Below are positions 7,936-17,267 of a stretch of 64,000 nucleotides of DNA, piece by piece. Positions within the stretch are counted from its first letter, which is position 1. Each line of letters opens with the position of its first letter. The position numbers and the translations under genes were made by a program. Under the pieces are notes generated by a model that did no database searches, was not told the DNA's origin, and saw nothing but the letters and a program-made list of their open reading frames with translations. Origin of the DNA: Escherichia phage vB_EcoM_G2285; sequence record MK327933.1, one strand, 5' to 3'.

Positions 7936-8163
7936 TTATTTTTTAATCAAATTGACATAAAACTCGGCGTCTTCCGGGTGCATGCCTTCGCAGTATTCTT
8001 CAACCATGAACTTCTTAACAGCTTCATAAGGACCGCTCAGATTAAGCTCAGTTGTCCAGAACTTGGAATCTTGGACCGAATCGATACGAACTTCAGGGTG
8101 ACGGTTGCGAATAACTTCTTCTGTGTATTCATAATCAACGACATCAATACTAACTTTAGCCAT
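7936..8163 (-). CDS. hypothetical protein (75 aa)
   Basis: ORF track; SD GAGAGGAAAA before ATG 8163. Confidence 0.45.
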   Translation of the reverse strand: MAKVSIDVVDYEYTEEVIRNRHPEVRIDSVQDSKFWTTELNLSGPYEAVKKFMVEEYCEGMHPEDAEFYVNLIKK

Positions 8164-8183
8164 TTTATTTTCCTCTCATTTGA

Positions 8184-8228
8184 TTTGATAAGTCTATAGT
8201 ATCACCATCCTTGGTGCTTGTACATCGT
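8184..8228 (-). promoter_or_regulatory. early promoter cassette variant (TACTAT -10, TGTACA -35-like)
   Basis: tttgataagtctatagtatcac nearly identical to element at 43389..43410. Confidence 0.4.
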
Positions 8229-8247
8229 TATTTTTAATTTTTCCAAC

Positions 8248-8535
8248 TTAACAACTTGTAGTGTCCTTCATACGTGGTTTATCCCAAGAAATACTAATAT
8301 ATGATTCACTGTCAATAGAAGTCGCCGGGTTTTTCTCTACCGTAAGACCTTCACTTTCCAGCCATTCAATAGTATTTGCGCATAAATCGGAAGAACACCT
8401 CATCGGGAACCGGCAAGATTTTTCACCTTTAGCTGCAGTGTTATACATCTTTTCTAAAATACGCTTTTGAACGTTTTTAAAAATAGTTTCAGCAGATTCT
8501 TCAGATTTTTTATTCAGTTCAGTGTAAAGACCCAT
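8248..8535 (-). CDS. hypothetical Cys-containing protein (95 aa)
   Basis: ORF track; ATG 8535 preceded by the conserved GAGGAGAATATT RBS block. Confidence 0.45.
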   Translation of the reverse strand: MGLYTELNKKSEESAETIFKNVQKRILEKMYNTAAKGEKSCRFPMRCSSDLCANTIEWLESEGLTVEKNPATSIDSESYISISWDKPRMKDTTSC

Positions 8536-8553
8536 AATATTCTCCTCATGTTT

Positions 8554-8592
8554 TGATAGGTCTATAGTAACACATCTAGGGAAGAAGTAAAC
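8554..8592 (-). promoter_or_regulatory. PeSL-like early promoter (GTTTAC -35, TACTAT -10)
   Basis: Minus strand GTTTACttcttccctagatgtgTTACTATAGAcctatc; gtaaac at 8587..8592. Confidence 0.5.
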
Positions 8593-8621
8593 ATCTTTAT
8601 GAAATATTTTTATGCCCTAGA

Positions 8622-8652
8622 TACCAAAAAACCCCAACCATAAGGAAGGGGC
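8622..8652 (-). terminator. candidate rho-independent terminator closing the RNA gene region
   Basis: Minus strand CCCCTTCC-TTAT-GGTTGGGG (imperfect stem) followed by TTTTTT. Confidence 0.4.
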
Positions 8653-9052
8653 TAAGCCTTGCGGCAACCTTGTCGGGGTTCCACCTGCTAAGGCAAGTGT
8701 TTGTACGAAACGCCGGGATTTGAACCCGGTTATTAAGTAGTTGACGCTACTCAATATTTTTAAAAGGCCATATCTCGACCGTATCCGAACGTTCCGTCAA
8801 AAACGCTACTCGGCTTACGGCAAAGATATTTCCTCGAATCGATAATTCTGTGCGCCGTTTCTGCTGTGATGTAAGGGGATATTAACGAATCATAAAGATT
8901 TATTAAGACCAGTCCTTACTCAGGGAACATCAGTCCGACGACTTACCGGTAGCGACCCGGCTTCTTATTTTGGCATATCATCAATTTGATCCTATAAAAT
9001 ATAGGAGTATTTATTATTTGGATAGAGCACTTAATTTACTTCGTTTAAATTA
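8653..9052 (-). ncRNA. unresolved structured-RNA region with a tRNA-like T-arm (CCGGGTTCAAATCCCGG); possible stable RNAs or non-canonical tRNA
   Basis: About 400 nt without convincing ORF between terminator and tRNA-Asn; T-arm-like motif at 8711..8730; no complete cloverleaf found by hand. Confidence 0.25.
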
Positions 9053-9124
9053 CTGGCGCACTTGGACTCGAACCAAGATAAAGGAGTTAACAGCTCCCCG
9101 TAATAACCTTTATACGATGCACCA
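9053..9124 (-). tRNA. tRNA-Asn (anticodon GTT)
   Basis: Hand-folded cloverleaf on minus strand: acceptor TGGTGCA/TGCGCCA, D-loop with GG, anticodon stem GGGAG/CTCCT, loop CTGTTAA, T-arm CTTGG-TTCGAGT-CCAAG; CCA not encoded; D-stem has one mismatch. Confidence 0.65.
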
Positions 9125-9130
9125 TTTGTT

Positions 9131-9205
9131 TGGTGACCCTGGCTGGTTTCGATCCAGCTACCTATCAGTTATGAGCTGACAGCTCTCCCATTGAGCTACA
9201 GGGCC
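9131..9205 (-). tRNA. tRNA with CAT anticodon (Met, or Ile if lysidine-modified)
   Basis: Hand-folded cloverleaf: acceptor GGCCCTG/CAGGGTC, D-arm GCTC-AATGGGA-GAGC, anticodon loop CTCATAA, T-arm GCTGG-ATCGAAA-CCAGC, encoded CCA. Confidence 0.75.
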
Positions 9206-9267
9206 TAAATAACTTTCTATTATGAAAGGCACTTTAGAGCACCTTTGGTAATAGAGGGTACTTATTA

Positions 9268-9294
9268 ATAATAACACATAATTCTTAAAGCAAA
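9268..9294 (-). promoter_or_regulatory. T4 middle-type promoter (MotA box TTTGCTTTA, 12-nt spacer, TATTAT -10) upstream of tRNA cluster
   Basis: Minus strand aatTTGCTTTAagaattatgtgtTATTATtaa. Confidence 0.45.
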
Positions 9295-9326
9295 TTAATC
9301 ATTTTTACTGTCAGTAAAACAATTTC

Positions 9327-9611
9327 TCACCATATTGTGTATGTGTTCTGAATGCAATCAAGTCCTAAAGGATTCTTGAAGATGTCGTATTCAACTGGGC
9401 CTGATTCAGTTTCAATAAAGAAATCAAAATTAACCGTGTTGAATTTACGGTCTTCCCAAATCAATTTAACTTGTGAAGATGAACGGTCGACATAAACCTT
9501 TTCAACTTCAAAATTAGTCAGAATACCGTAGTCATCGACTAGTGCTTTAGCTGCACGTTGATCGCTTTCATATCCATTCTCAATGGACGATACTTTAGCA
9601 TAAAGAATCAT
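9327..9611 (-). CDS. hypothetical protein (94 aa)
   Basis: ORF track. Confidence 0.45.
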   Translation of the reverse strand: MILYAKVSSIENGYESDQRAAKALVDDYGILTNFEVEKVYVDRSSSQVKLIWEDRKFNTVNFDFFIETESGPVEYDIFKNPLGLDCIQNTYTIW

Positions 9612-9985
9612 GAATGTTCCACCATTTCAAAGGTATGAGCATCAACAATATGATACCAGTCAAAATTTTCTTCTGCGTTTTTATAAATTTCGCGAAGAGC
9701 CTCAACAGTTTTTCCTGTAGCAACAAGGTCGTCAATACCACCAAGAGGATAACAGTCACCAGCAAACAGAAGGAAATTAATAGTTTCTGTAGGTTCTGGA
9801 TGCAGAACACCGTTATCGTCTACCACTTCAAAGAAAGTGTAAGAAGGAGTACAAGTTTTAATCCAAGCCCATGCTTGAGCTACTGAATCAAATGGTCTGC
9901 GTATCAAACGACAATCAGGGTCTTTAGAAGGATTTGCTTCAAAATCAGCATATACGTGGTATTTCATTTTACTCACCTTTTGCAA
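9608..9985 (-). CDS. hypothetical protein (about 120 aa)
   Basis: ORF track; alternative start ATG 9967 (MKYHVY). Confidence 0.5.
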   Translation of the reverse strand: MQKVSKMKYHVYADFEANPSKDPDCRLIRRPFDSVAQAWAWIKTCTPSYTFFEVVDDNGVLHPEPTETINFLLFAGDCYPLGGIDDLVATGKTVEALREIYKNAEENFDWYHIVDAHTFEMVEHS

Positions 9986-10175
9986 TTTTATCCATAACGA
10001 TAGCGATTAAGCTGATTAGAAATGCTACTACCAATGAGATAGAGTTTTCAGTTGTTGTCAGTAGTCCACAAATGAATCCTACAAACATCGAAAAACTAAA
10101 AGCCATTGAAGCAATTACTACAGCAACATTACGAATCAGTTCAGCGCGTTTCATTTTATTTCTCCATTTACTCAT
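9969..10175 (-). CDS. small membrane protein (68 aa)
   Basis: ORF track; two hydrophobic segments. Confidence 0.45.
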   Translation of the reverse strand: MSKWRNKMKRAELIRNVAVVIASMAFSFSMFVGFICGLLTTTENSISLVVAFLISLIAIVMDKIAKGE

Positions 10176-10180
10176 TTGTT

Positions 10181-10222
10181 TTGATAGGACTACTATAACA
10201 TAGTCCTATAGGCTTGTATACC
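10181..10222 (-). promoter_or_regulatory. PeSL-like cassette (inverted repeat ATAGGACTA..TAGTCCTAT, weaker -35)
   Basis: ttgataggactactataacatagtcctat immediately upstream of gene start 10175. Confidence 0.5.
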
Positions 10223-10223
10223 T

Positions 10224-10499
10224 TTATTTCAAATATATTGCGTATTTTTTATAGCCACCAGGCTCGTGTCGAAGACCTTTATCATTCGCAAAACGTTGAA
10301 TGTTATTGAACTGATTTTCATCAAGTTCGGATGTGTCAAATATGAAAAAGTTTCGTTTGTTACCAAGCGTGATATGCGGAGTTAAGTCAATGTTATACAA
10401 ATTAAGAATATCAGCAATAACCTGTTTGGCCGCTTTGTTAATTTTCACACCAGACGATTCTGAGATGAATTCGTTGAAAGTTTTCATTTTAGGTTCCAT
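10224..10499 (-). CDS. internal-protein-like protein with CTS (MKTFNEFISE)
   Basis: ORF track; CTS motif begins at second ATG (10487); hyperplastic position next to 57B. Confidence 0.55.
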   Translation of the reverse strand: MEPKMKTFNEFISESSGVKINKAAKQVIADILNLYNIDLTPHITLGNKRNFFIFDTSELDENQFNNIQRFANDKGLRHEPGGYKKYAIYLK

Positions 10500-10507
10500 T
10501 TGGTTGT

Positions 10508-10550
10508 TTTGATAGGACTACTATAACATAGTCCTATCATGTTGTAAACT
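10508..10550 (-). promoter_or_regulatory. PeSL-like early promoter/stem-loop cassette
   Basis: gataggactactataacatagtcctat plus gtaaac at 10544..10549, overlapping stop of upstream gene. Confidence 0.55.
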
Positions 10551-10857
10551 ATTTTATTCCGCGTGATGCAATTGTGTTCTGTCGTTTAACACCAGTTTGT
10601 TTAAAGTCATGATTGTCGATTTGATCGGTACGAGCAACTCCGAATGATGATTTGATTTTAGCTTTAGATCCTTTAGTTATAGAAATAAACATCTCGGAAG
10701 CCCCTTTCTTAAAGTCCGAAGCGATTACTTCAACACCGTTCTTAGCAAGTGACTTCAGAATTGCATCCGCAAACTCATCGTCAAGACCTACCTGAGTATA
10801 AATAATAAATGTCTTTGGTGCAGCAGCTTCATTGATAAATTCTTTAAATGTTTTCAT
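10549..10857 (-). CDS. internal-protein-like protein with CTS (MKTFKEFINEA)
   Basis: ORF track; ATG 10857; N-terminal CTS motif. Confidence 0.6.
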   Translation of the reverse strand: MKTFKEFINEAAAPKTFIIYTQVGLDDEFADAILKSLAKNGVEVIASDFKKGASEMFISITKGSKAKIKSSFGVARTDQIDNHDFKQTGVKRQNTIASRGIK

Positions 10858-10883
10858 TTTATTTCCTTTAATTTTGTTTTGTT

Positions 10884-10926
10884 TTGATAGGACTACTATA
10901 ACATAGCCCTATAACATTGTAAACTG
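10884..10926 (-). promoter_or_regulatory. PeSL-like early promoter/stem-loop cassette
   Basis: gataggactactataacatagccctat plus gtaaac at 10919..10924. Confidence 0.55.
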
Positions 10927-10937
10927 TTTTGTGAAAA

Positions 10938-11623
<686 letters not shown>

Positions 11624-11627
11624 TTTA

Positions 11628-12362
11628 TTACCTTAAGATTGTTTCAATTTTAGAATAAAGCTCTTCTAAAGAGCCGTCGTTTGTAATAACTAAATCGCCT
11701 TCTTCAATAGGCAACCCAGCTTCTGTAATATGTTTATCAGTGGATTCCGTACCAGAGCGAACCACATGAATAACTGTAGCACCCATCGCTCTAGCGGTTT
11801 CCATTTCATGGACTTGGCGTGTATCTGTTACAACATAGTAATCGAAATCACTTCCAATATAATCCATATAGTTTAATGCAAAAAGCTTAACCCAATACAT
11901 ACGGTCAAATAAATTAACGACAACATCCGTACCGAGGGCTTGCATAAGACGGCGGATTGACCATGTGTCGTTGATATTATTTATAACTTCACGCAGGGCT
12001 TCATATGGTTTAATATCTAGATACGAATATCCACCTTCTAACGATGATAATACTTTAACATTATTAATCGGTAAATATTGACTTTGCAAATAAATTAGCG
12101 CTTCTTCCAATAATTCAATAACATCCAACTTATTGAGATTTAATGGTGTTTCACGGTCGTATCCAATGCCTTCAAAGTATTCGTATTTCAACTCTGTGAA
12201 TACATCAGGATTTTCAGCATGCCTACGTCCCCAGGCTATTGCTAGAGCGTCTTTAATTGGATATGCTAATTGGTATTTTACGGATTTAAAGTTTGAATTG
12301 ATGTAATCAGCAGTAGTGTCTTTACCACTACGTTTGATGCCACTTAAAAAGATTAGCTCCAT
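11628..12362 (-). CDS. 1: deoxynucleoside monophosphate kinase (gp1)
   Basis: P-loop GIKRSGKDT; size and synteny with T4 gene 1. Confidence 0.9.
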   Translation of the reverse strand: MELIFLSGIKRSGKDTTADYINSNFKSVKYQLAYPIKDALAIAWGRRHAENPDVFTELKYEYFEGIGYDRETPLNLNKLDVIELLEEALIYLQSQYLPINNVKVLSSLEGGYSYLDIKPYEALREVINNINDTWSIRRLMQALGTDVVVNLFDRMYWVKLFALNYMDYIGSDFDYYVVTDTRQVHEMETARAMGATVIHVVRSGTESTDKHITEAGLPIEEGDLVITNDGSLEELYSKIETILR

Positions 12363-12415
12363 AGGTTTTCCTCGTATAATTTATGAGTGATTATAACATA
12401 CGGAGCTAGAAGCGA

Positions 12416-13000
12416 TTAACGCAAGGAAGGGTGTCTAGAAATGGATTTAGATTCGACCGCTTGACGTGGTTGTTGAGATACAATGACTTCACCATCCTTT
12501 TCTATCGTCATGTACGCATAGTGAATAGTTGCTACGCACGTAACGGCAGGGTCAGAATCTTCAGTGTAACTAAATTCAATTTCACTCAAATCAGAAATCC
12601 ATGGTTTATAGAAATTCGCCGTCAAAACTACTTCAGTCTTATTGTTGTTTAAAATGTGCAAAGTAACAAACTCAGGACCATCGGAGTGGGCCGTATTATG
12701 TCCGGTTATATAGTTATTAGTGCTGAGCATCCATTTATACATGTTCATCCAGGACGTCATGTCTTCATCAACTATAAATCGTACAACAAAAGGGTCATAT
12801 TCAAATGTGGTGCCTGCACGCATTGCACGTCCTAACCCCATTGTGCCTGTCACAGTTTCAACAACAGGAATTCTCACACCTGGCAATGGAGCCGTTTGGG
12901 CATTGAGCACAAAACCTGAAGTTCGTGTACTATCCGGGATATCCACAACAAAGTTTGTTATATTTGTTTGGTTAAAAATCTGTCTCGCTGGACGAGTCAT
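12416..13000 (-). CDS. 3: tail completion and sheath stabilizer protein gp3
   Basis: Synteny 1-3-2-4; ATG at 13000 (MTRPARQ), ORF track start 13006 is GTG extension. Confidence 0.8.
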   Translation of the reverse strand: MTRPARQIFNQTNITNFVVDIPDSTRTSGFVLNAQTAPLPGVRIPVVETVTGTMGLGRAMRAGTTFEYDPFVVRFIVDEDMTSWMNMYKWMLSTNNYITGHNTAHSDGPEFVTLHILNNNKTEVVLTANFYKPWISDLSEIEFSYTEDSDPAVTCVATIHYAYMTIEKDGEVIVSQQPRQAVESKSISRHPSLR

Positions 13001-13102
13001 AAGCACCTCAAAAACGCTTTAATAAAAATGCAGTATAATGGTTTTAGGTCTCTTCCATTAATCCGGTTCAACAGAATATCAGAAGAACGGAAGAGAATAG
13101 AA

Positions 13103-13924
13103 TTAAGATTTCCAAACAGTATTCGCAGAGAAACGTTTTCCTTTTGACATAAACTGCTGAGTAGGTAACATGATTATGTTAGCCCAGTCTTTAGGAGCTA
13201 TTTCTGTTATTGTTCCTCTAATGTGGCCTGGCAGGTATGCTTTAATCATTTTGTCAGCACCTTGAAATCCTTTCACCTTGCTCCAGTCTATCTTCAACTT
13301 TGTGTTATTAGTAATAGTAGTTGTGCTAGCATATTGCTTCAGCAATTCTTCAAGAAACTGTTGACGTGCTTTAGGTGGGATATAGTGCAAGTTTAACCCA
13401 TACATCAAATTATGTTTACCTAATCCTAAATAAATAATCAAAGGATATCGGTCCCAGTATGGCAGAGTATCTTTATGTTTAGCATCATACACGTAAGTAT
13501 AAATTTTGCCTGGCGTAGGCTTGACTACTTTATGACCTTTTACACTTTTCTTAATTGTTTCAATAAACCACTTAGATGATTTGTTGTTTACTGCTGCGCC
13601 TTCATTTCTAATCTTTTCTCGTATTGAACTGCGAAACGAGTTTATCATCAGAAGTTGACGTTCTTGCTTATTGAGTTTATTTTTAGGTTTAGATTCAAGC
13701 GTTTCAATTTTCTGTGCAGTCTTAATAGATGATGCATATCTAGACATTGCAGATGTAAACGACGAGTATTTTATTCCTTTTGATTCTGCAAATGCTTTTG
13801 CAGTGATTCCTTTCTCTTTAGCTTTCTTGTATTCTAATCCTATCTCAATCCATTTTCTTTCATTCATAGACTGAGCAATCTTAGGGGCTTGTACGCCTTC
13901 AGATATAATTTGGAATATGCTCAT
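13103..13924 (-). CDS. 2: DNA end protector protein gp2
   Basis: 273 aa, synteny and size match T4 gp2. Confidence 0.85.
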   Translation of the reverse strand: MSIFQIISEGVQAPKIAQSMNERKWIEIGLEYKKAKEKGITAKAFAESKGIKYSSFTSAMSRYASSIKTAQKIETLESKPKNKLNKQERQLLMINSFRSSIREKIRNEGAAVNNKSSKWFIETIKKSVKGHKVVKPTPGKIYTYVYDAKHKDTLPYWDRYPLIIYLGLGKHNLMYGLNLHYIPPKARQQFLEELLKQYASTTTITNNTKLKIDWSKVKGFQGADKMIKAYLPGHIRGTITEIAPKDWANIIMLPTQQFMSKGKRFSANTVWKS

Positions 13925-13926
13925 AA

Positions 13927-14376
13927 TTACCCCTTGTATCCGAGTTTCCTAAGTCCATCTTCGGTTAGAACTCGAAATTTTATATTTCTCTTTTCAGCAA
14001 CAGCTGAGGCAGCTTTCCATTTGTCACAGTTCACAGACCACGTGTAGATTTCATTCATATAACGTTTCTTAGCCGCAGTTGTAAGATTCACCGGTTTAAT
14101 AGGTGGCTGAGTTTCTTTCTTTGGTTTTATTTCTACAAAGAACTCTTGACCTGATGCATCTTTCATCCATATGTCCATATAGTATCGACGTTTCTTACCT
14201 TCAGCATTACAAAAATATGGAATTACTGCTGTTTCACTACCCCATGCAATAATTTCTGGATTTTTATCCAACCATTCGAAAAAGAATTTTTCCCAGTTTG
14301 AACGATACGTTATTTTGGTATGGTCTCCACGGTATTTTTTTAAATTTTTTGGGACCCATTTACCAGAGTAGGCCAT
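13927..14376 (-). CDS. 4: head completion protein gp4
   Basis: Translation from ATG 14376: [19 protein letters not shown]...[22 protein letters not shown]; SD AAGGAGG; ORF track 5' extension discarded. Confidence 0.85.
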   Translation of the reverse strand: MAYSGKWVPKNLKKYRGDHTKITYRSNWEKFFFEWLDKNPEIIAWGSETAVIPYFCNAEGKKRRYYMDIWMKDASGQEFFVEIKPKKETQPPIKPVNLTTAAKKRYMNEIYTWSVNCDKWKAASAVAEKRNIKFRVLTEDGLRKLGYKG

Positions 14377-14387
14377 GTTGTCCTCCT

Positions 14388-14395
14388 TATAAATA
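14388..14395 (+). promoter_or_regulatory. late promoter TATAAATA for gene 53
   Basis: Exact TATAAATA 43 nt upstream of gene 53 start; divergent with gene 4 promoter. Confidence 0.6.
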
Positions 14396-14402
14396 GTATT
14401 AT

Positions 14403-14410
14403 TATTTATA
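14403..14410 (-). promoter_or_regulatory. late promoter TATAAATA for gene 4
   Basis: Plus-strand tatttata = minus TATAAATA about 27 nt upstream of gene 4 ATG. Confidence 0.6.
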
Positions 14411-14437
14411 CCAATTTCATATTGGAAGGAGACTATC

Positions 14438-15013
14438 TTGTTATTTACATTCTTCGACCCAATAGGATATAGTGCTAAAACAGTTAATAAGAACGCACCT
14501 ACTATTCCTATGACAGACATATTTCGTAACTATAAAGAATACTTTAAGCGTGTTGCTGCCAATTATAGATTACGTTCTTATTATATTAAAGGCTCTCCGC
14601 GTCCTGAAGAACTAGCGAATATCATTTATGGCAACCCTCAATTATACTGGGTCCTTTTGATGTGTAATGACAACTATGATCCGTATTATGGTTGGATTAC
14701 ATCTCAGGAAGCAGCGTATCAAGCTTCTATTCAGAAATATGCTAATGCTGGCGGAGACCAAGTTCTTTATCATATTAATGAAAATCGTGAGAAATTTTAC
14801 AATTTAGTTTCATATCCGGACGAGCCTTTAGTGTGGTACGATAAAGGTGATGAAGCTCGTAAGTATCCGCAATATAAAGGACCTTTAGCTGCAGTAGATA
14901 CTTATGAAGCGGCAGTATTAGATAATGAAAAACTTCGTAAAATAAAAATTGTTGCAAAAGAAGATATAAACTCGTTTATCACAGATTTGATTCGTGAGAT
15001 GGAGATTGCATAA
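14438..15013 (+). CDS. 53: baseplate wedge subunit gp53
   Basis: Translation MLFTFFDPIGYSAKTVNKNAPTIPMTDIF... T4 gp53-like; apparent TTG start with SD GAAGGAG 6 nt upstream. Confidence 0.85.
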   Translation: MLFTFFDPIGYSAKTVNKNAPTIPMTDIFRNYKEYFKRVAANYRLRSYYIKGSPRPEELANIIYGNPQLYWVLLMCNDNYDPYYGWITSQEAAYQASIQKYANAGGDQVLYHINENREKFYNLVSYPDEPLVWYDKGDEARKYPQYKGPLAAVDTYEAAVLDNEKLRKIKIVAKEDINSFITDLIREMEIA

Positions 15014-16746
15014 TGGAAATGATTAGCAGTAGCCTTAATTGGTTCGTTGGTGTTGTCGAGGACAGAATGGACCCATTAAAACAAGGGCGAGTTCGAGTTC
15101 GAGTCGTTGGTCTTCATCCGGCACAGAGAGCACAAGGTGATGTACAAGGTATTCCTACAGAAAAACTTCCATGGATGACTGTTATTCAACCTATTACGTC
15201 TGCGTCAATGTCAGGTATTGGTGGTTCTGTTACAGGTCCTGTTGAAGGAACTCGAGTATATGGTCATTTCTTAGACAAATGGAAAACAAACGGGATTGTA
15301 CTTGGTACATACGGTGGAATCGTACGTGAAAAGCCTAATAGACTTGAAGGTTTTTCAGACCCGACGGGCCAGTATCCACGACGTTTAGGTAATGATACGA
15401 ACGTATTAAACCAAGGTGGTGAAGCTGGTTATTATTCAAACTCTAACGTAATTCAAGATAACAACTTGGATTATGGTATAAACCCAGATGATACAGATTT
15501 AGCAAATATTCCAGAAGATGATGACCCTAATTTTACAATAACAGAAATGTTACGTCGTGACGAAGGTCTTCGTGATAAAGTGTATTGGGACCATCTCGGG
15601 TATCCTACAGTAGGTATTGGACACCTTATCGTAATGGAAAAGACCCGAGATATGTCTCGAATTAATAAATTGTTATCTGATCAAGTAGGGCGTGAAGTAA
15701 CAGGAAATCCCGGGACTATTACATTAGAAGAAGCAACAGCGTTATTTGAGAAAGACCTTGCTAAGATACAGAAAGACATTCGTTCTAATTCTAAAGTAGG
15801 TCCTGTTTATGCTAAAATGAACAGATCTCGTCAAATGGCATTAGAAAACATGTGCTTCCAAATGGGTGTTGGTGGTGTAGCAAAATTCAATACTATGCTT
15901 AAAGCAATGGCCGAAGGCGATTGGAAAACTGCATACAAATCTGGACGTGATTCATTATGGTTCCAACAGACTAAAGGACGCGCTTCACGTGTAACAACAA
16001 TTATTTTAACCGGTAACATGGAATCATACGGTGTTCCTGTTAAAACACCACCTTCACCAGGAGTTGGTGCTGATTTAGTTACTAGAAATACCGATCCAGA
16101 AGACCCGGCTGGTCCTCCTGTTCCATTAGATTCACGCATCCTTTTTAAAGAACCGGAATCAAGTTATCGTGGTGAGTACCCATATGTTCATGCTATGGAA
16201 ACAGAAAGTGGTCATATCCAAGAATTTGACGATACTCCAGGTAATGAACGTTATCGCTTAGTTCATCCAACAGGGTCATATGAGGAAGTTTCTCCGTCTG
16301 GGCGTCGTACTCGTAAAACTGTAGAAGACCTTTTTGACATCACTAATGGCGATGGGAACTTTTTGATTTCTGGCGATAAGCTTGTTAACGTTGGTGCTAA
16401 TGAAATATACTATAACATGGCAGACCGCCTCCATCAAATAGACGGCAATGACACAATCTTTATTCGTGGTAACCAAACTAAAACTGTTGAAGGCGATGGA
16501 ACTCTTTACGTTAAGGGTAATATCAAAATAGTTGTTGATGGAAATGCAGATATTCTTGTTAAAGGCGATGCTAAAACTCAGGTCGAAGGGAATCATGATT
16601 ACACCGTCAACGGAAACGTTAAATGGACTGTTAACGGTAATGTTGATATGACTGTTGCCGGGGATTGGGCAGAAACAATGTCTACAATGAGCTCAGTAGC
16701 TTCAGGACAATACACTGTTGACGGATCTCGTATTGATATTGGGTAA
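15013..16746 (+). CDS. 5: baseplate hub subunit and tail lysozyme gp5
   Basis: 577 aa; lysozyme domain ITEMLRRDEGLR..TVGIGHL and C-terminal beta-helix repeats VxGNxKxxVxGN. Confidence 0.95.
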   Translation: MEMISSSLNWFVGVVEDRMDPLKQGRVRVRVVGLHPAQRAQGDVQGIPTEKLPWMTVIQPITSASMSGIGGSVTGPVEGTRVYGHFLDKWKTNGIVLGTYGGIVREKPNRLEGFSDPTGQYPRRLGNDTNVLNQGGEAGYYSNSNVIQDNNLDYGINPDDTDLANIPEDDDPNFTITEMLRRDEGLRDKVYWDHLGYPTVGIGHLIVMEKTRDMSRINKLLSDQVGREVTGNPGTITLEEATALFEKDLAKIQKDIRSNSKVGPVYAKMNRSRQMALENMCFQMGVGGVAKFNTMLKAMAEGDWKTAYKSGRDSLWFQQTKGRASRVTTIILTGNMESYGVPVKTPPSPGVGADLVTRNTDPEDPAGPPVPLDSRILFKEPESSYRGEYPYVHAMETESGHIQEFDDTPGNERYRLVHPTGSYEEVSPSGRRTRKTVEDLFDITNGDGNFLISGDKLVNVGANEIYYNMADRLHQIDGNDTIFIRGNQTKTVEGDGTLYVKGNIKIVVDGNADILVKGDAKTQVEGNHDYTVNGNVKWTVNGNVDMTVAGDWAETMSTMSSVASGQYTVDGSRIDIG

Positions 16747-16749
16747 TAT

Positions 16750-17265
16750 ATGGCACAAATACTTCCTTTAAATACCGACTTAGGAGAAGACATGGAAGGG
16801 GCGTCTATTGAGGTCCTTTTTACTCCACAGTTAGAAACAACCGAAACTTTAGTGTCAATAAATATAACAGATTATGAACCGACACAAGGCATTACGGTAG
16901 ATGGTAATCGTTTATATGGAACATATGAAAGTGTGTTTAGCTTTTCTTCGGACGCATTGAAATACCGATTAAATGATGATTTTGAAACCGCATCTTCATG
17001 GGATGATTTACCAAAAGATGAGTCCACACAGTTATATTTGTGGAGAGCTCCTCAGAATCTTCGTAAAGTGTTTAGTTATACGGTTGAAATGATTTATAAC
17101 CACCAAGAAGAAAGTTCATCAGGCGGTTCTAGAAGTGACTCTGGTACAGAACCTCCACCGGCTCCAGTACAAAAAACTCTTACTAAGGTTTATACAAAAA
17201 CTATAGTAGGAAATTGGAGCAAATGGGCTCATCAATTACGAAACTATGTTTATGTGAGGCCGTGA
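16750..17265 (+). CDS. 5.1: gp5.1 conserved hypothetical protein
   Basis: Synteny between 5 and 5.4. Confidence 0.75.
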   Translation: MAQILPLNTDLGEDMEGASIEVLFTPQLETTETLVSINITDYEPTQGITVDGNRLYGTYESVFSFSSDALKYRLNDDFETASSWDDLPKDESTQLYLWRAPQNLRKVFSYTVEMIYNHQEESSSGGSRSDSGTEPPPAPVQKTLTKVYTKTIVGNWSKWAHQLRNYVYVRP

Positions 17266-17267
17266 AA

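Noticed and set aside
7606-8199. 197-aa plus-strand ORF antisense to 7272..7880 and 7936..8163
   Set aside because: Ser/Leu/Phe-rich low-complexity translation typical of the reverse frame of an AT-rich gene; all neighbouring genes are minus-strand with promoters and SDs.
8700-8792. Canonical tRNA built on the T-arm at 8711..8730
   Set aside because: Best acceptor pairing gives a 92-nt molecule with no acceptable D-arm or anticodon stem; left as unresolved RNA-like region.
15831-16793. Minus-strand ORFs inside gene 5 (15831..16139, 16276..16596, 16599..16793)
   Set aside because: Antisense shadows of gp5 including its beta-helix repeat region.
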